From contig JBEIPA010000004.1 in NCBI GenBank assembly GCA_040377305.1, positions 128,001 through 192,000 on the forward strand: a DNA stretch of 64,000 bases, given 5' to 3'. A program made the position numbers and the translations under genes. Source of the DNA: Flavobacteriales bacterium (lineage in GTDB: Bacteria; Bacteroidota; Bacteroidia; Palsa-965). Position 1 is the stretch's first letter. Each line of letters opens with the position of its first letter. The notes under the pieces are model-generated. The model was not told where the DNA came from, did no database searches, and worked only from the letters and a program-made list of their open reading frames with translations. Below are positions 10,238 through 20,448 of this stretch, piece after piece.

Positions 10238-12097
10238 ATGAAACTATCTGCACAAGGCATTCTCGTTAACCGCATCAGCCTGCCACGTCTCGCATGGTTG
10301 CTGATTGCAGTTGCCATGTGCTGGCACCTGCTCTACGTGACGTGCGGAACCTTCCGTAAAGATTACATCATCAGCAGCGATGCAGCAGGATACTACGCTT
10401 ATCTGCCAGCCACGTTTATCTACCACGATCATTCGTATCAGTTCTGTTATCCCGGCGAAAAGAAAATAAATTTCCCGGGTGCAGACTTTAGCCTTTTCCT
10501 GAACATGACTGCCGATGGAAAACCCATCAACAAGTATTTTGTTGGAACGGCATTGTTGGAATTACCTGCATTTCTAACGGCTTATGCTGCAGCTCCCTTG
10601 TTCGGTTATCACATGAACGGATATTCCTTTCCTTTTGTGCTTGCAATTGTTCTGTCGGCAATGATCTATGTGCTCATTGGGTTAGAGCAATTAAGACGTT
10701 TGTTAAGCAAGCTGGGTGTTTCCGAACCGATACAGGCCGTCACATTACTACTGGTATTTTTCGGTACAAACCTGTATTACTACAGTACCGCAGAGCCGGG
10801 AATGTCACACGCCTTTTCCTTCTCAATGATGGCGCTGTTCCTCAATCAGGCATACAATGTTTTCCATGCTCAAAATAAGAAATCCATTGTTTGGATGTTG
10901 TTTGCCATTTCAATGATCATCATGATCCGTCCGGTAAATGGTGTTGCACTTTTCGCATTGCCTGTGATTGCCGGTTCCTGGAAAAAATTCACCGAAGGAA
11001 TTAGGTTTTGCGCACAACACTATTGGCGGGTAGTAATCGGCGGAGGAATTTTTCTCGCACTCGTTTTCATCCAGCTACTGATGTACAAACTTTCAACCGA
11101 TCATTGGTTTGTAGATTCCTACAGCGGGGAACATCTCATTCTTACACAACCGCACATTATTGAAGTTCTCTTCAGTTGGAAAAAAGGTTGGTTCATTTAC
11201 ACGCCACTGATGTTCCTTGCTGCAATTGGTATCATCTTCCTTAAGAATAATTTTACACGCATCGCGTTCACCTTCGTGTTGTTTCTGGCTATCTATGTTG
11301 TTTCCTGCTGGGAGTTGTGGTGGTATGGCGGAAGCTACGGTATGCGTCCGTTCATTGAATATTATCCGTTGATGGCTGTTCCGCTGGCGTTTCTTATTGA
11401 ACGTCTCTCAAAAAAATATCTGCTGTTCGTTTCGGTTCCCCTGTTCTCATTTGTAGCTGCTTTAAGCCTAGTGCAAATCTATCAGTACTCGAAGGGAATA
11501 TTGCCGTACAACGACATGACTGCTGCAAAGTACAAGAAGATATTTTTCAAGACGAGTACAGACTATTCACTCATCTATGACCCGGGAACGCTGCGCCAAC
11601 ATCAGCTTCCGATGGGAATGAAACGTATTTACTCAGTTAAAAGAACCTTCGAAGAAAACAACGACGGACAATTCGGCTCGCAGGGAATTACGTCAGGCAA
11701 TGCTTTCTCCGGAAAAAATGCAACCATGCTGAATGCGTCTGTGAAGGAATCCTCCGGACTGCGAGTAACGCTACGCGATGCTTTTCCGGATTCAACCCAA
11801 ATCGGCAAAGGTTGGCTGGTGATTCGCGCAAAGGTTATCCTCTTCGAAGATATCGCAACCGCAAAAATGGCAATGTCCATTCATGATGGCGACAAAACCT
11901 ATTACTGGACCGCACGACCGATCTATGTTGATATTGATACGGTGGGACAATGGCAGAACTTTAGCTATGCGATTAAGATTCCTGCCGATGTGCCGCCGAG
12001 CGCAGTTGTTTCCGCATACATGTACCACGATGATCAATCACTGGTGTATGCCGACGATTTTCAAATGGATTTCTACCTTCCTCACGGCTCAAAGTAG
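10238..12097 (+). CDS. Polytopic membrane protein, GT-C-like glycosyltransferase with C-terminal soluble CBM-like domain
   Basis: About 10 hydrophobic segments; SDAAGYYAYLP after the first TM helix; WWYGGSYGMRPF; soluble C-terminal domain. Start moved to ATG 10238 to avoid overlap with gmhB. Confidence 0.6.
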   Translation: MKLSAQGILVNRISLPRLAWLLIAVAMCWHLLYVTCGTFRKDYIISSDAAGYYAYLPATFIYHDHSYQFCYPGEKKINFPGADFSLFLNMTADGKPINKYFVGTALLELPAFLTAYAAAPLFGYHMNGYSFPFVLAIVLSAMIYVLIGLEQLRRLLSKLGVSEPIQAVTLLLVFFGTNLYYYSTAEPGMSHAFSFSMMALFLNQAYNVFHAQNKKSIVWMLFAISMIIMIRPVNGVALFALPVIAGSWKKFTEGIRFCAQHYWRVVIGGGIFLALVFIQLLMYKLSTDHWFVDSYSGEHLILTQPHIIEVLFSWKKGWFIYTPLMFLAAIGIIFLKNNFTRIAFTFVLFLAIYVVSCWELWWYGGSYGMRPFIEYYPLMAVPLAFLIERLSKKYLLFVSVPLFSFVAALSLVQIYQYSKGILPYNDMTAAKYKKIFFKTSTDYSLIYDPGTLRQHQLPMGMKRIYSVKRTFEENNDGQFGSQGITSGNAFSGKNATMLNASVKESSGLRVTLRDAFPDSTQIGKGWLVIRAKVILFEDIATAKMAMSIHDGDKTYYWTARPIYVDIDTVGQWQNFSYAIKIPADVPPSAVVSAYMYHDDQSLVYADDFQMDFYLPHGSK

Positions 12098-12230
12098 GCT
12101 TCACAGCACACGTATTGGCCCGAATCACGACTTATATGTGCTGTTGGTAGCGACTTAACATTTTTTTTAGGGTTACCTGTAGCTTTTCAACGGAATCAAC
12201 ATTATCATTCTAAACTAAACCTACTAAGTC

Positions 12231-13568
12231 ATGAGCCATCGTGGAGTTTTAACTGTTGTTGCCGGGGCTGCCCTCCTTTTCGCCGCCTGCAATGCACCTC
12301 AATCTGAAACCGCAGGAACGCGCGCGGTAAACAAACCGTGGAAAGATATTTCTCCGCCGACGCAGGAATTCACTTTTAATGCAGAAAGCGGAGATACAAT
12401 AACGTTGGACGATGGTACTTGCATCCGAATACCCGGAGGAATTCTTGTCGATTCGAAGGGAAAAACCGTTACTGGTGAAGTTACACTCGACTACACGACC
12501 ATTTATTCTGTTGCTGAACTCATCGCATCCGGAATTCCTATGGATTATGACAGCGCCGGTTCGAATTTCAATTTCCAGAGCGCCGGTATGTTCGACATGA
12601 CAGCACGCCAAGGCGAAGAAGAACTTGCCATCAAAACCGGAAACGCCATTGACATGGATTTCCCGACAACGAGACAAGATCTCACGTATAGCTTTTATCG
12701 CTACGACGGAGCTGCAAACAACTGGTCATTCCAGGAAGTCCCTGAAGTTGATTCGAATCAAACCCGACTGGCACTCGAAGAGGAATTTGCACTTGCTTCT
12801 ATTCCGCCTGCTAAACCCGAAGAGTATGTTGCCGGAACACCTGTGATTGATCTGGAGTTCGAACTTGCAAAACATCCTGAGCTGAGCGGATACGATGGTG
12901 TCATTTGGCAATATGCCGGTAACGGAAAAGATCCCGAAGACAACAAGTGGATCTACAACGAAGTGTGGACAACCGCAGACCTCAGTCTTGCCGACCGCGC
13001 TCTTGGGCATTACAATCTGTATCTGAAGAATGACAAGAAAGCATTCTCCACCATGATTCGTCCTGTATTGAAAGGTGCTGAATATGAAAACGCGATTGCA
13101 GATTTTACGGAACGCATGGAGAAATTTGAATCTGAAGAAACAGCACGCCGCGAAGAAGCAGAACGTGTGAAAGCAATTCCTCCATACATTTCACGGCTCA
13201 GTGTACTGGTGTTTGGATTGCACAACATGGATGCTATCGGTCGTTTACCGGATTTCATTATGGCGAACGTGAATTTTGTGCTGCCGGATTTTACAGGTAG
13301 TCGCGGTGATGTCACTGTGTACATTGTTTCTGGCACATCCGAAACAACACTCGCCTACAATGCAACCGGTAACAGGTGTTACTATCAAATGGGCGCAAAC
13401 AATAAAGTGATTGCTGTTGATCACAAAAGCGGAAAAACATTCACGATGACGCCGGCAGAATTTAATGCCGCTGCTATGGGAGGACAATCTTTTAATCTCA
13501 CCATGAATGAAAACAGCACACCCGTTGCCGACATGGCCGCATTGGAAAAGCTGATTGATGAACTATGA
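12231..13568 (+). CDS. Uncharacterised lipoprotein
   Basis: Lipobox LLFAA-C; 445-aa ORF; FQSAGMF...NW domain of a type I recall from Bacteroidota envelope proteins. Confidence 0.7.
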   Translation: MSHRGVLTVVAGAALLFAACNAPQSETAGTRAVNKPWKDISPPTQEFTFNAESGDTITLDDGTCIRIPGGILVDSKGKTVTGEVTLDYTTIYSVAELIASGIPMDYDSAGSNFNFQSAGMFDMTARQGEEELAIKTGNAIDMDFPTTRQDLTYSFYRYDGAANNWSFQEVPEVDSNQTRLALEEEFALASIPPAKPEEYVAGTPVIDLEFELAKHPELSGYDGVIWQYAGNGKDPEDNKWIYNEVWTTADLSLADRALGHYNLYLKNDKKAFSTMIRPVLKGAEYENAIADFTERMEKFESEETARREEAERVKAIPPYISRLSVLVFGLHNMDAIGRLPDFIMANVNFVLPDFTGSRGDVTVYIVSGTSETTLAYNATGNRCYYQMGANNKVIAVDHKSGKTFTMTPAEFNAAAMGGQSFNLTMNENSTPVADMAALEKLIDEL

Positions 13569-16500
13569 GTCGTTGGAGCCGACATATCGCTGTTGTTGTT
13601 CTGTGTGGATTTGTTGAGCTTCTGAACGCGCAGTTTCTGACGAGGTCAGTTGTGCCGGCCACACCGCCACCACCGAATCCTACACCCATTGTTAATTGGG
13701 TTCCGGTGAAAGTCGACGGACTGTGGGGTTACGCTGATACTTCTGGACAAATAAGAATAGCGCCTTTGTTTAACGCTGCAGAATCTTTCATCGGATCGTA
13801 TGCGGTAGTGCAAAAAGGGAACAAAGCATTTGTGATTGACACTGCCGGAACAATTCTAACTCCGGCAGGTCATGATCAGATCGCGCAACTGGACGATAGC
13901 GTATTTGCGGTTTACAAAAATTCTGGGGAATTCGGTGAAGGCGGATGGGGTGCGGAAAAAATCGGTGGGCAGGAAATTGTGCCGATGCAATACGACAACA
14001 TCGCCCGCACTTCTCTCACGGTGTATCGCTGCACACAGGATTCACTGATGGGATTCTTCAACCGGAACGGAACACTAATTGCTCCTGCCCGGTACGACAC
14101 GGGATGGGTTTTCAATAGTACGTTCATCGCGTTAAAACGCAAACGTTTGATTGGAGTAAATACTGAGCTCGGCGTAAAAGTCCTTCCCGATTCCTGCTCT
14201 CGCGTCAAAGCACTGAACAGTACAACCGTTGCGGGCGCTAAACAGAAAAAGTGGGGCGCCGGAAAAAATAACGGTGCGCGACTCATTCCATTTGAGTATG
14301 ATTCTATTGGAGGATTCTCCATCTATTTCGCTTCTGCTGTAAGAAACGACACCGTTGAGGTGTACGCAACGCACACAGCCTCACGCAAAGTCGATGGCAA
14401 ATATATTCATGCAGTTCCGTTTGGCGCAACCTGGGCAAAAGCGTACACCCATTCCAAAAAATGTGCGGTGATCGATTCTGCAGGAAATATTGTTGTTCAG
14501 CCATTGTATGATGACGTACAATTCGCAGGAAACGGAACATGGGCGATTGTACAAAACAACAAATGGGGAATGATCGGCAAGGACGGGAATGTGATCATTG
14601 CTCCTGTGTATGACAACATCCAGCCATTTCGAAATGGAATGAGCATTGTTTTCTCCGGCGGATTGCAGGGATTGATTAACGAACGCGGAGAACTACTTTC
14701 TAAACTGGCGAACTGTTCGATCACAATCAAAGGCAATACTGCTAAGGTAGTTTGCCCCGACAATAAAGTTGATTACGTCAAGACCGATGGCCAGGGAAAC
14801 ATCATTCAGCGCGACGAATACGAAGATGTGCGCATCATCAAAATTGGTGGCGACAATTCATACAGAACGAAAGCAGGCCTACCTGGTGCGCCGCAAATGG
14901 GCAGCTCTGCACTTGCGCAGTCGCCACGCGGTGATTCACTACAATGGTTTTATGATTTTGATGTTTACCTCTATGGCTTGCGCGACGCCTATCTCGGTGA
15001 CACGCTCATTCAACCGACGTATTCCTCTGTTAGAAAAGTTGGATTCGGTTACACAATCGTTTCTGTACCGAAAGTTTCTCCAGGCGTAATTCTCGACGGC
15101 AAACAAATGAAAAGCGGAATGGTATACGGTGTATTCGACGACACTACAGGAAAGTTTGTCATCGAACCTCAGTTCACGCGTCTTATGCCTTTCAGTATGC
15201 ACGGCGATGGATCTAAAACTCTTTTCCAGTGTGTGCGCACCGATGGAATGGCAGGACTTATTTCCGCTGACGGCTCAGAGCGCATCGTACAAGCATCATG
15301 TATCGATAAAGTCAACAATGGTATTGCCGCGTTTTGCGTTGGCGGAAAATGGGAAATGATTGAAGGTGGTGAGTGCAGAACGAACTGGGCGTTCTTCCTG
15401 AAAACATATAACATTATCGACAACGGTCCGTTCAGCAATATCTTCGAATCAGAAAATGCTGCTGGTCGTTCAGTCACGCACACGGGTGGCAAGTGGGGAT
15501 TTATGGATGCGCATGGAAATGTTTTAGTCGCACCGCAGTATGATGCATACGAACCTTCACTCTCCGGCACCTGCATTGTTAAACTCGGGAAGAAATGGGG
15601 AATGATTGACACTTCCGGAAATACAGTAGTGCCATTCGAGTTCGATATGATGCGTTATCTTATCACGAAAACGGATACGCTGCTTCAGACACAAGTGAAT
15701 AAAGTACAGATGGGTTGCATAGATACACTTGGAAATGTGGTGATCCCCATTGCGAACAGCAAGATACTGGCACTTGGTGAAAACAGAATCGCTGTATGCA
15801 ACGCAAACCGGTGGGAAGTGGCGCGAACAAACGGAGAAGTACTTACGCACGCACAATATCTCGAGATACGTCCCTACTCCGAAGGATTTGCCGCAGTGCG
15901 CATCGGAAGAAAATGGGGACTCATTGACACTTCAGGTACCGAGGTGGTTGCTCCGATGTATGATGATATCGGACAATTTTCCGAAGGAATGTGCGCGGTG
16001 AAGCTAGGCCTGAAATGGGGTTACATCAATGGGAGTGGCTCAACACGTATTGATCACCTCTATGCTGTCGCACTACCTTTCTTCCGCGGGGTTGCGCCAG
16101 TAAAACTGAAGTCTTCGTACGGGTTGATCGATCGGGAAGGAAAAACCATTGCGAAACACAATTATGCTTTAATCGAGCACATTCCGGGAAGCACTGTTTT
16201 CTCTTATCGTCTCGAAGGTCAAAACGGAATGATGTCGCCCACAGGTAAAGTGCTTACCACTGCGCGCTATCACAAGTTCAAAGACATTGGTGAGAATCTC
16301 ATCGCATATCAGGAAGGCTTGTATTGGGGAATTATGGATACGCTGGGTAGGAAAGTAAGTCAGGCGATGTATGACAAAGTCGGAATTTTCGGTGACGGAT
16401 TATGTCCTGTGAGTTATCAGGGGCAATGGGGATTCATCAAACCGAATGGTTTTTATAAAGTGAATCCACGGTATCGCGCAGTCAGTCGGTTCGGAAGCGG

Positions 16501-17002
16501 GCTGGCTTTTTACCTCGATTTGAATGATGACAACGGATTCATTGACACAACCGGGAAAAAACAAGTTTCCATTCACAGATGCGTGGGCGCAACCCCATTT
16601 GTAGAGAATAAAACTGCTGTCCGATTCATGGAAAAAGAGAAAACCTGGTTCCACGTTTATTCGCGATTCGGGCACCGCATTTCGAGGGAAAAGTATGCTG
16701 CCGTACACCCTTATTACCATGGAGCCGCTCCTGTAAAAGTGGGATTGTATTGGGGCCTTCTCAACTTCTCCGGGCGTTATCTGATCAAGCCTTGCTTCTC
16801 GCAAATGAGTGAGTTTCAGGATGGTGTTTCCATTGTTCAACGCAACTGTACGTTTGGTATCTACACCTTGAACGGTCAACAACTCTTGCCCGCCGAATAC
16901 GATGTGATCAAGGCCGAAGGAGCTGTGATCCGACTACAGCGAAACAACGAGATCGGCTATCTCCACACCGACGGTCGGGCATTCTGGCCCATGCAGGACT
17001 AA
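13565..17002 (+). CDS. WG-repeat (KWG-like) secreted protein
   Basis: Many KWG.ID..G..V..P.YD....F..G units; signal peptide ending LNA-Q; ATGA overlap with the lipoprotein gene. Confidence 0.88.
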   Translation: MSRWSRHIAVVVLCGFVELLNAQFLTRSVVPATPPPPNPTPIVNWVPVKVDGLWGYADTSGQIRIAPLFNAAESFIGSYAVVQKGNKAFVIDTAGTILTPAGHDQIAQLDDSVFAVYKNSGEFGEGGWGAEKIGGQEIVPMQYDNIARTSLTVYRCTQDSLMGFFNRNGTLIAPARYDTGWVFNSTFIALKRKRLIGVNTELGVKVLPDSCSRVKALNSTTVAGAKQKKWGAGKNNGARLIPFEYDSIGGFSIYFASAVRNDTVEVYATHTASRKVDGKYIHAVPFGATWAKAYTHSKKCAVIDSAGNIVVQPLYDDVQFAGNGTWAIVQNNKWGMIGKDGNVIIAPVYDNIQPFRNGMSIVFSGGLQGLINERGELLSKLANCSITIKGNTAKVVCPDNKVDYVKTDGQGNIIQRDEYEDVRIIKIGGDNSYRTKAGLPGAPQMGSSALAQSPRGDSLQWFYDFDVYLYGLRDAYLGDTLIQPTYSSVRKVGFGYTIVSVPKVSPGVILDGKQMKSGMVYGVFDDTTGKFVIEPQFTRLMPFSMHGDGSKTLFQCVRTDGMAGLISADGSERIVQASCIDKVNNGIAAFCVGGKWEMIEGGECRTNWAFFLKTYNIIDNGPFSNIFESENAAGRSVTHTGGKWGFMDAHGNVLVAPQYDAYEPSLSGTCIVKLGKKWGMIDTSGNTVVPFEFDMMRYLITKTDTLLQTQVNKVQMGCIDTLGNVVIPIANSKILALGENRIAVCNANRWEVARTNGEVLTHAQYLEIRPYSEGFAAVRIGRKWGLIDTSGTEVVAPMYDDIGQFSEGMCAVKLGLKWGYINGSGSTRIDHLYAVALPFFRGVAPVKLKSSYGLIDREGKTIAKHNYALIEHIPGSTVFSYRLEGQNGMMSPTGKVLTTARYHKFKDIGENLIAYQEGLYWGIMDTLGRKVSQAMYDKVGIFGDGLCPVSYQGQWGFIKPNGFYKVNPRYRAVSRFGSGLAFYLDLNDDNGFIDTTGKKQVSIHRCVGATPFVENKTAVRFMEKEKTWFHVYSRFGHRISREKYAAVHPYYHGAAPVKVGLYWGLLNFSGRYLIKPCFSQMSEFQDGVSIVQRNCTFGIYTLNGQQLLPAEYDVIKAEGAVIRLQRNNEIGYLHTDGRAFWPMQD

Positions 17003-17164
17003 TCTCTGCGCCAAACCTGCAGATTTCCCTCACGAACGGGAACTTTTTCAAGACCATTTTTCGCCCGTTTTTCCGCATTAATGCCTATTTTTACCCCGCC
17101 CGAAAATCGCCTGACTTCTGAATAGATTTTAACAACTTTCGAGGCCGTTTTTAATAGCGCATTT

Positions 17165-17560
17165 ATGACCAATTCCGCACAGGATTATCTCCCGATTGTC
17201 TACACTCTACTCGTAGCAGCCGGATTTGTCGTAACAACGATGTTTGCGACACACAAACTGGGGCCGAAACGCGACACCAAGAAAAAATTAGAATCATTCG
17301 AGTGCGGAATCGACGTTCAAGGGAACGCGCGTATTCCGTTTTCGGTTAAGTATTTCCTCGTAGCCATCCTTTTTGTGCTGTTTGACGTGGAAGTAATTTT
17401 TATGTATCCGTGGGCCGTGAATTTCAGAGACCCCGATGGGGCCGGTCCATTAACTGGCTTGGGTATTGTAGGATTCATTGAGATGATATCGTTTATGGCA
17501 TTCCTGATGGTGGGCTTTTACTACATCATCAAGAAGGGCGCATTGAAGTGGGAAGATTAA
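17165..17560 (+). CDS. nuoA: NADH-quinone oxidoreductase subunit A
   Basis: FECG, LFVLFDVE, GALKWE motifs; first gene of the operon. Confidence 0.97.
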   Translation: MTNSAQDYLPIVYTLLVAAGFVVTTMFATHKLGPKRDTKKKLESFECGIDVQGNARIPFSVKYFLVAILFVLFDVEVIFMYPWAVNFRDPDGAGPLTGLGIVGFIEMISFMAFLMVGFYYIIKKGALKWED

Positions 17561-17581
17561 TTAACGAGGGAGGAAAAGAAC

Positions 17582-18139
17582 ATGTCTGAAATCACAAGAA
17601 CAAAAATGCAAATGGCGAAGTCGCCGGAGGGCCTTGAAGGTCCAGGCTTCTTCCTCACGTCAATGGAAAAAGCAGTTGGACTTGCACGCAAGAATTCCAT
17701 CTGGCCACTTCCATTCGCAACATCTTGCTGTGGAATTGAATTCATGGCAACAATGGCTTCGCATTACGACTTAGGACGTTTTGGTTCTGAGCGTTTGAGC
17801 TTCTCTCCTCGTCAGGCCGATTTGCTGATGGTGATGGGAACCATCGCGAAAAAAATGGGCCCTGTGTTGAAACAAGTGTACGAGCAAATGGCTGAACCAC
17901 GCTGGGTACTGAGTATGGGCGCGTGTGCAAGCAGCGGTGGAATATTTGATACATACAGCGTACTGCAGGGAATCGATCGCATCATTCCGGTTGACGTTTA
18001 CATTCCGGGATGTCCTCCACGACCGGAGCAAGTGATCGAAGGTCTGATGAAAATTCAGGACCTTGTTGGAAACGAGTCATTACGCCGTCGTAACTCACCG
18101 GAGTACAAGTCGCTCATGAATAAATACGGAATCGAATAA
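17582..18139 (+). CDS. nuoB: NADH-quinone oxidoreductase subunit B
   Basis: SCCGIE, SPRQAD, GACASSGG, PGCPPRPE. Confidence 0.98.
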   Translation: MSEITRTKMQMAKSPEGLEGPGFFLTSMEKAVGLARKNSIWPLPFATSCCGIEFMATMASHYDLGRFGSERLSFSPRQADLLMVMGTIAKKMGPVLKQVYEQMAEPRWVLSMGACASSGGIFDTYSVLQGIDRIIPVDVYIPGCPPRPEQVIEGLMKIQDLVGNESLRRRNSPEYKSLMNKYGIE

Positions 18140-18144
18140 CCGCT

Positions 18145-18672
18145 ATGGCAGTTCTCACTCCCGAACAAACAATGGCGTTGCACGATGAAGTGCTCGCTGC
18201 TCTCAAAGGAAAATTCGGAGAAGGAATTCTCTCTTCTTCCTGCGAATATGATTTCCCGGTGTTCGTTGTCGACAAAGACATCATGCACGATGTTTTGGTT
18301 TTTGTAAAAGAAACGCCGTCGCTCAATTATCATTTCCTGACCACAATGTGCGCAATGAATTATCCGGAGAAAACGGGAAATGAATTTGCGATGATGTATC
18401 AGCTCCACAACATGCCGGAGAACAAACGCATTCGTTTCAAAACATTTATTCCGGAACAGAAACTCGAGATCGCAACGATCACCGATATCTGGCCGGCGGC
18501 AAACTGGATGGAACGTCAGGAGTACGATTTCTTCGGCGTGAATTTCATCGGTCATCCGAACCTCATCCGCATTCTCAACATGGAAGACATCACTTTCTTC
18601 CCTATGCGTAAAGATTTTGCATTGGAAGATCCAACGCGCGACGATAAAAACGATTCAATGTTCGGCCGATAA
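18145..18672 (+). CDS. nuoC: NADH-quinone oxidoreductase subunit C
   Basis: [29 protein letters not shown]. Confidence 0.97.
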   Translation: MAVLTPEQTMALHDEVLAALKGKFGEGILSSSCEYDFPVFVVDKDIMHDVLVFVKETPSLNYHFLTTMCAMNYPEKTGNEFAMMYQLHNMPENKRIRFKTFIPEQKLEIATITDIWPAANWMERQEYDFFGVNFIGHPNLIRILNMEDITFFPMRKDFALEDPTRDDKNDSMFGR

Positions 18673-18674
18673 TC

Positions 18675-19889
18675 ATGAGCGAATTCCAGAACATACAAGA
18701 AGAACAAAAGGCCGAAGAGAAAGAGTACACCACACTCAACCTCGGACCAACACACCCTGCTACGCATGGAATTTTCCAGAACGTATTGCAGATGGACGGA
18801 GAAATTATCCGTGATGCTGTTCCCACAATCGGATACATTCACCGCGCATTCGAGAAACTCGCTGAGCGTCGTCCGTATGCACAGATTACTGTCCTGACCG
18901 ATCGTCTCAACTACTGTTCATCTCCCATCAACAATATGGGATGGGAAATGACCGTGGAGAAATTGCTCAACGTGAAACTTCCGAAGCGCGTAGAACACAT
19001 GCGCGTTGTGATTATGGAATTGGCGCGTATTGCCGATCACATCATCTGCAACTCAGTTGTTGGTGTTGACACCGGCGCACTCACAGGATTCACGTACATC
19101 TTCCAGTGGCGCGAAAAGATTTACGAAATCTTCGAAGACATTTGCGGTGCACGCCTGACCACGAACATCGGTCGCATCGGCGGATTCGAACGTCAATGGC
19201 CCGATAAAGTGTGGGCGAAAATTGACGACTTCCTCAAGAAGTTTCCGAAGATTCTGAAAGAGTTCGAAAGCCTGTTGATGCGCAACCGCATTTTCATGGA
19301 TCGTACAATCGGTGCAGGACCAATCAAACCGGAACGTGCACTCGAGTACGGTTTCACAGGACCAAACCTTCGTGCTGCAGGATTAGACTATGATGTTCGC
19401 GTAACAAATCCATATTCATCGTACGAAGATTTCAAGTTTGATATTCCAATCGGAAAAGAAGGAGATGTTTACGATCGCTTCATGGTGCGTGAGCATGAAA
19501 TGTGGCAATCGCTCAGTATCATCGAACAGGCAATGAAGATGATCGATCGCAAAGAGCCTGTGTTCCACGCTGATGTTCCTGATTTCTTCCTTCCACCGAA
19601 AGAGAAAGTGTACAACGATATGGAAGCACTCATCTATCACTTCAAGATTGTGATGGGCGAAATGGACATTCCGGTTGGCAACGTTTATCATGCTGTTGAA
19701 GGCGGTAACGGAGAACTAGGATTTTACCTCGAGAGTGATGGCGGTCGCACACCGTATCGTCTTCACTTCCGCAGACCATGTTTTATTTATTACCAGGCAT
19801 ATCCTGAGTTGATCAAAGGATCAATGTTGTCGGATGCAATTCTGACAATGAGCTCAATGAATGTTATCGCTGGAGAATTAGACGCATAA
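18675..19889 (+). CDS. nuoD: NADH-quinone oxidoreductase subunit D
   Basis: [22 protein letters not shown]-terminal GELDA. Confidence 0.98.
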   Translation: MSEFQNIQEEQKAEEKEYTTLNLGPTHPATHGIFQNVLQMDGEIIRDAVPTIGYIHRAFEKLAERRPYAQITVLTDRLNYCSSPINNMGWEMTVEKLLNVKLPKRVEHMRVVIMELARIADHIICNSVVGVDTGALTGFTYIFQWREKIYEIFEDICGARLTTNIGRIGGFERQWPDKVWAKIDDFLKKFPKILKEFESLLMRNRIFMDRTIGAGPIKPERALEYGFTGPNLRAAGLDYDVRVTNPYSSYEDFKFDIPIGKEGDVYDRFMVREHEMWQSLSIIEQAMKMIDRKEPVFHADVPDFFLPPKEKVYNDMEALIYHFKIVMGEMDIPVGNVYHAVEGGNGELGFYLESDGGRTPYRLHFRRPCFIYYQAYPELIKGSMLSDAILTMSSMNVIAGELDA

Positions 19890-19903
19890 AACGACAACAA
19901 TTT

Positions 19904-20443
19904 ATGTCGAAGAAAGAAATAAAATTCAGTGACGAAACGTATGCGTTGATTCAGCGCATCATGCGTCGCTACCCGGAAGGAAAGCAGAAGTCTGCAATTC
20001 TTCCTGCGCTTCATTTGGCGCAAATGGAATTTGAAGGATGGCTGGCTCCTGAAGTAATGGATTACGTTGCGTCCATCCTGAAAATTAAACCAATCGAAGT
20101 CTACGAGGTGGCATCATTCTATTCGATGTTCAATCTCAAGCCGGTTGGAAAATGTGTGATTGAAGTTTGTCGTACCGGACCATGTTGGTTGCTCGGTGCT
20201 GAAGATCTCGTTCGTCACATTGAGAAGAAACTCAACATTCACGCTGGAGAAACAACTGCCGACGGAATGTTCACATTGAAAACGGTGGAGTGTCTCGCAG
20301 CATGCGGAACGGCTCCGGTTATTCAGTGCGGAGAAACGTATCACGAGAATATGACTGTTGAAAAAACAGATCAGATGATGAACGATTATCGCAGCAAAGG
20401 CGAGTTCGTAACGCACTGGGATAAAAAACACGTTAAAGCATAA
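19904..20443 (+). CDS. nuoE: NADH-quinone oxidoreductase subunit E
   Basis: EVASFYSMF, CRTGPC...CLAAC 2Fe-2S ligands. Confidence 0.97.
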   Translation: MSKKEIKFSDETYALIQRIMRRYPEGKQKSAILPALHLAQMEFEGWLAPEVMDYVASILKIKPIEVYEVASFYSMFNLKPVGKCVIEVCRTGPCWLLGAEDLVRHIEKKLNIHAGETTADGMFTLKTVECLAACGTAPVIQCGETYHENMTVEKTDQMMNDYRSKGEFVTHWDKKHVKA

Positions 20444-20448
20444 CCGCA

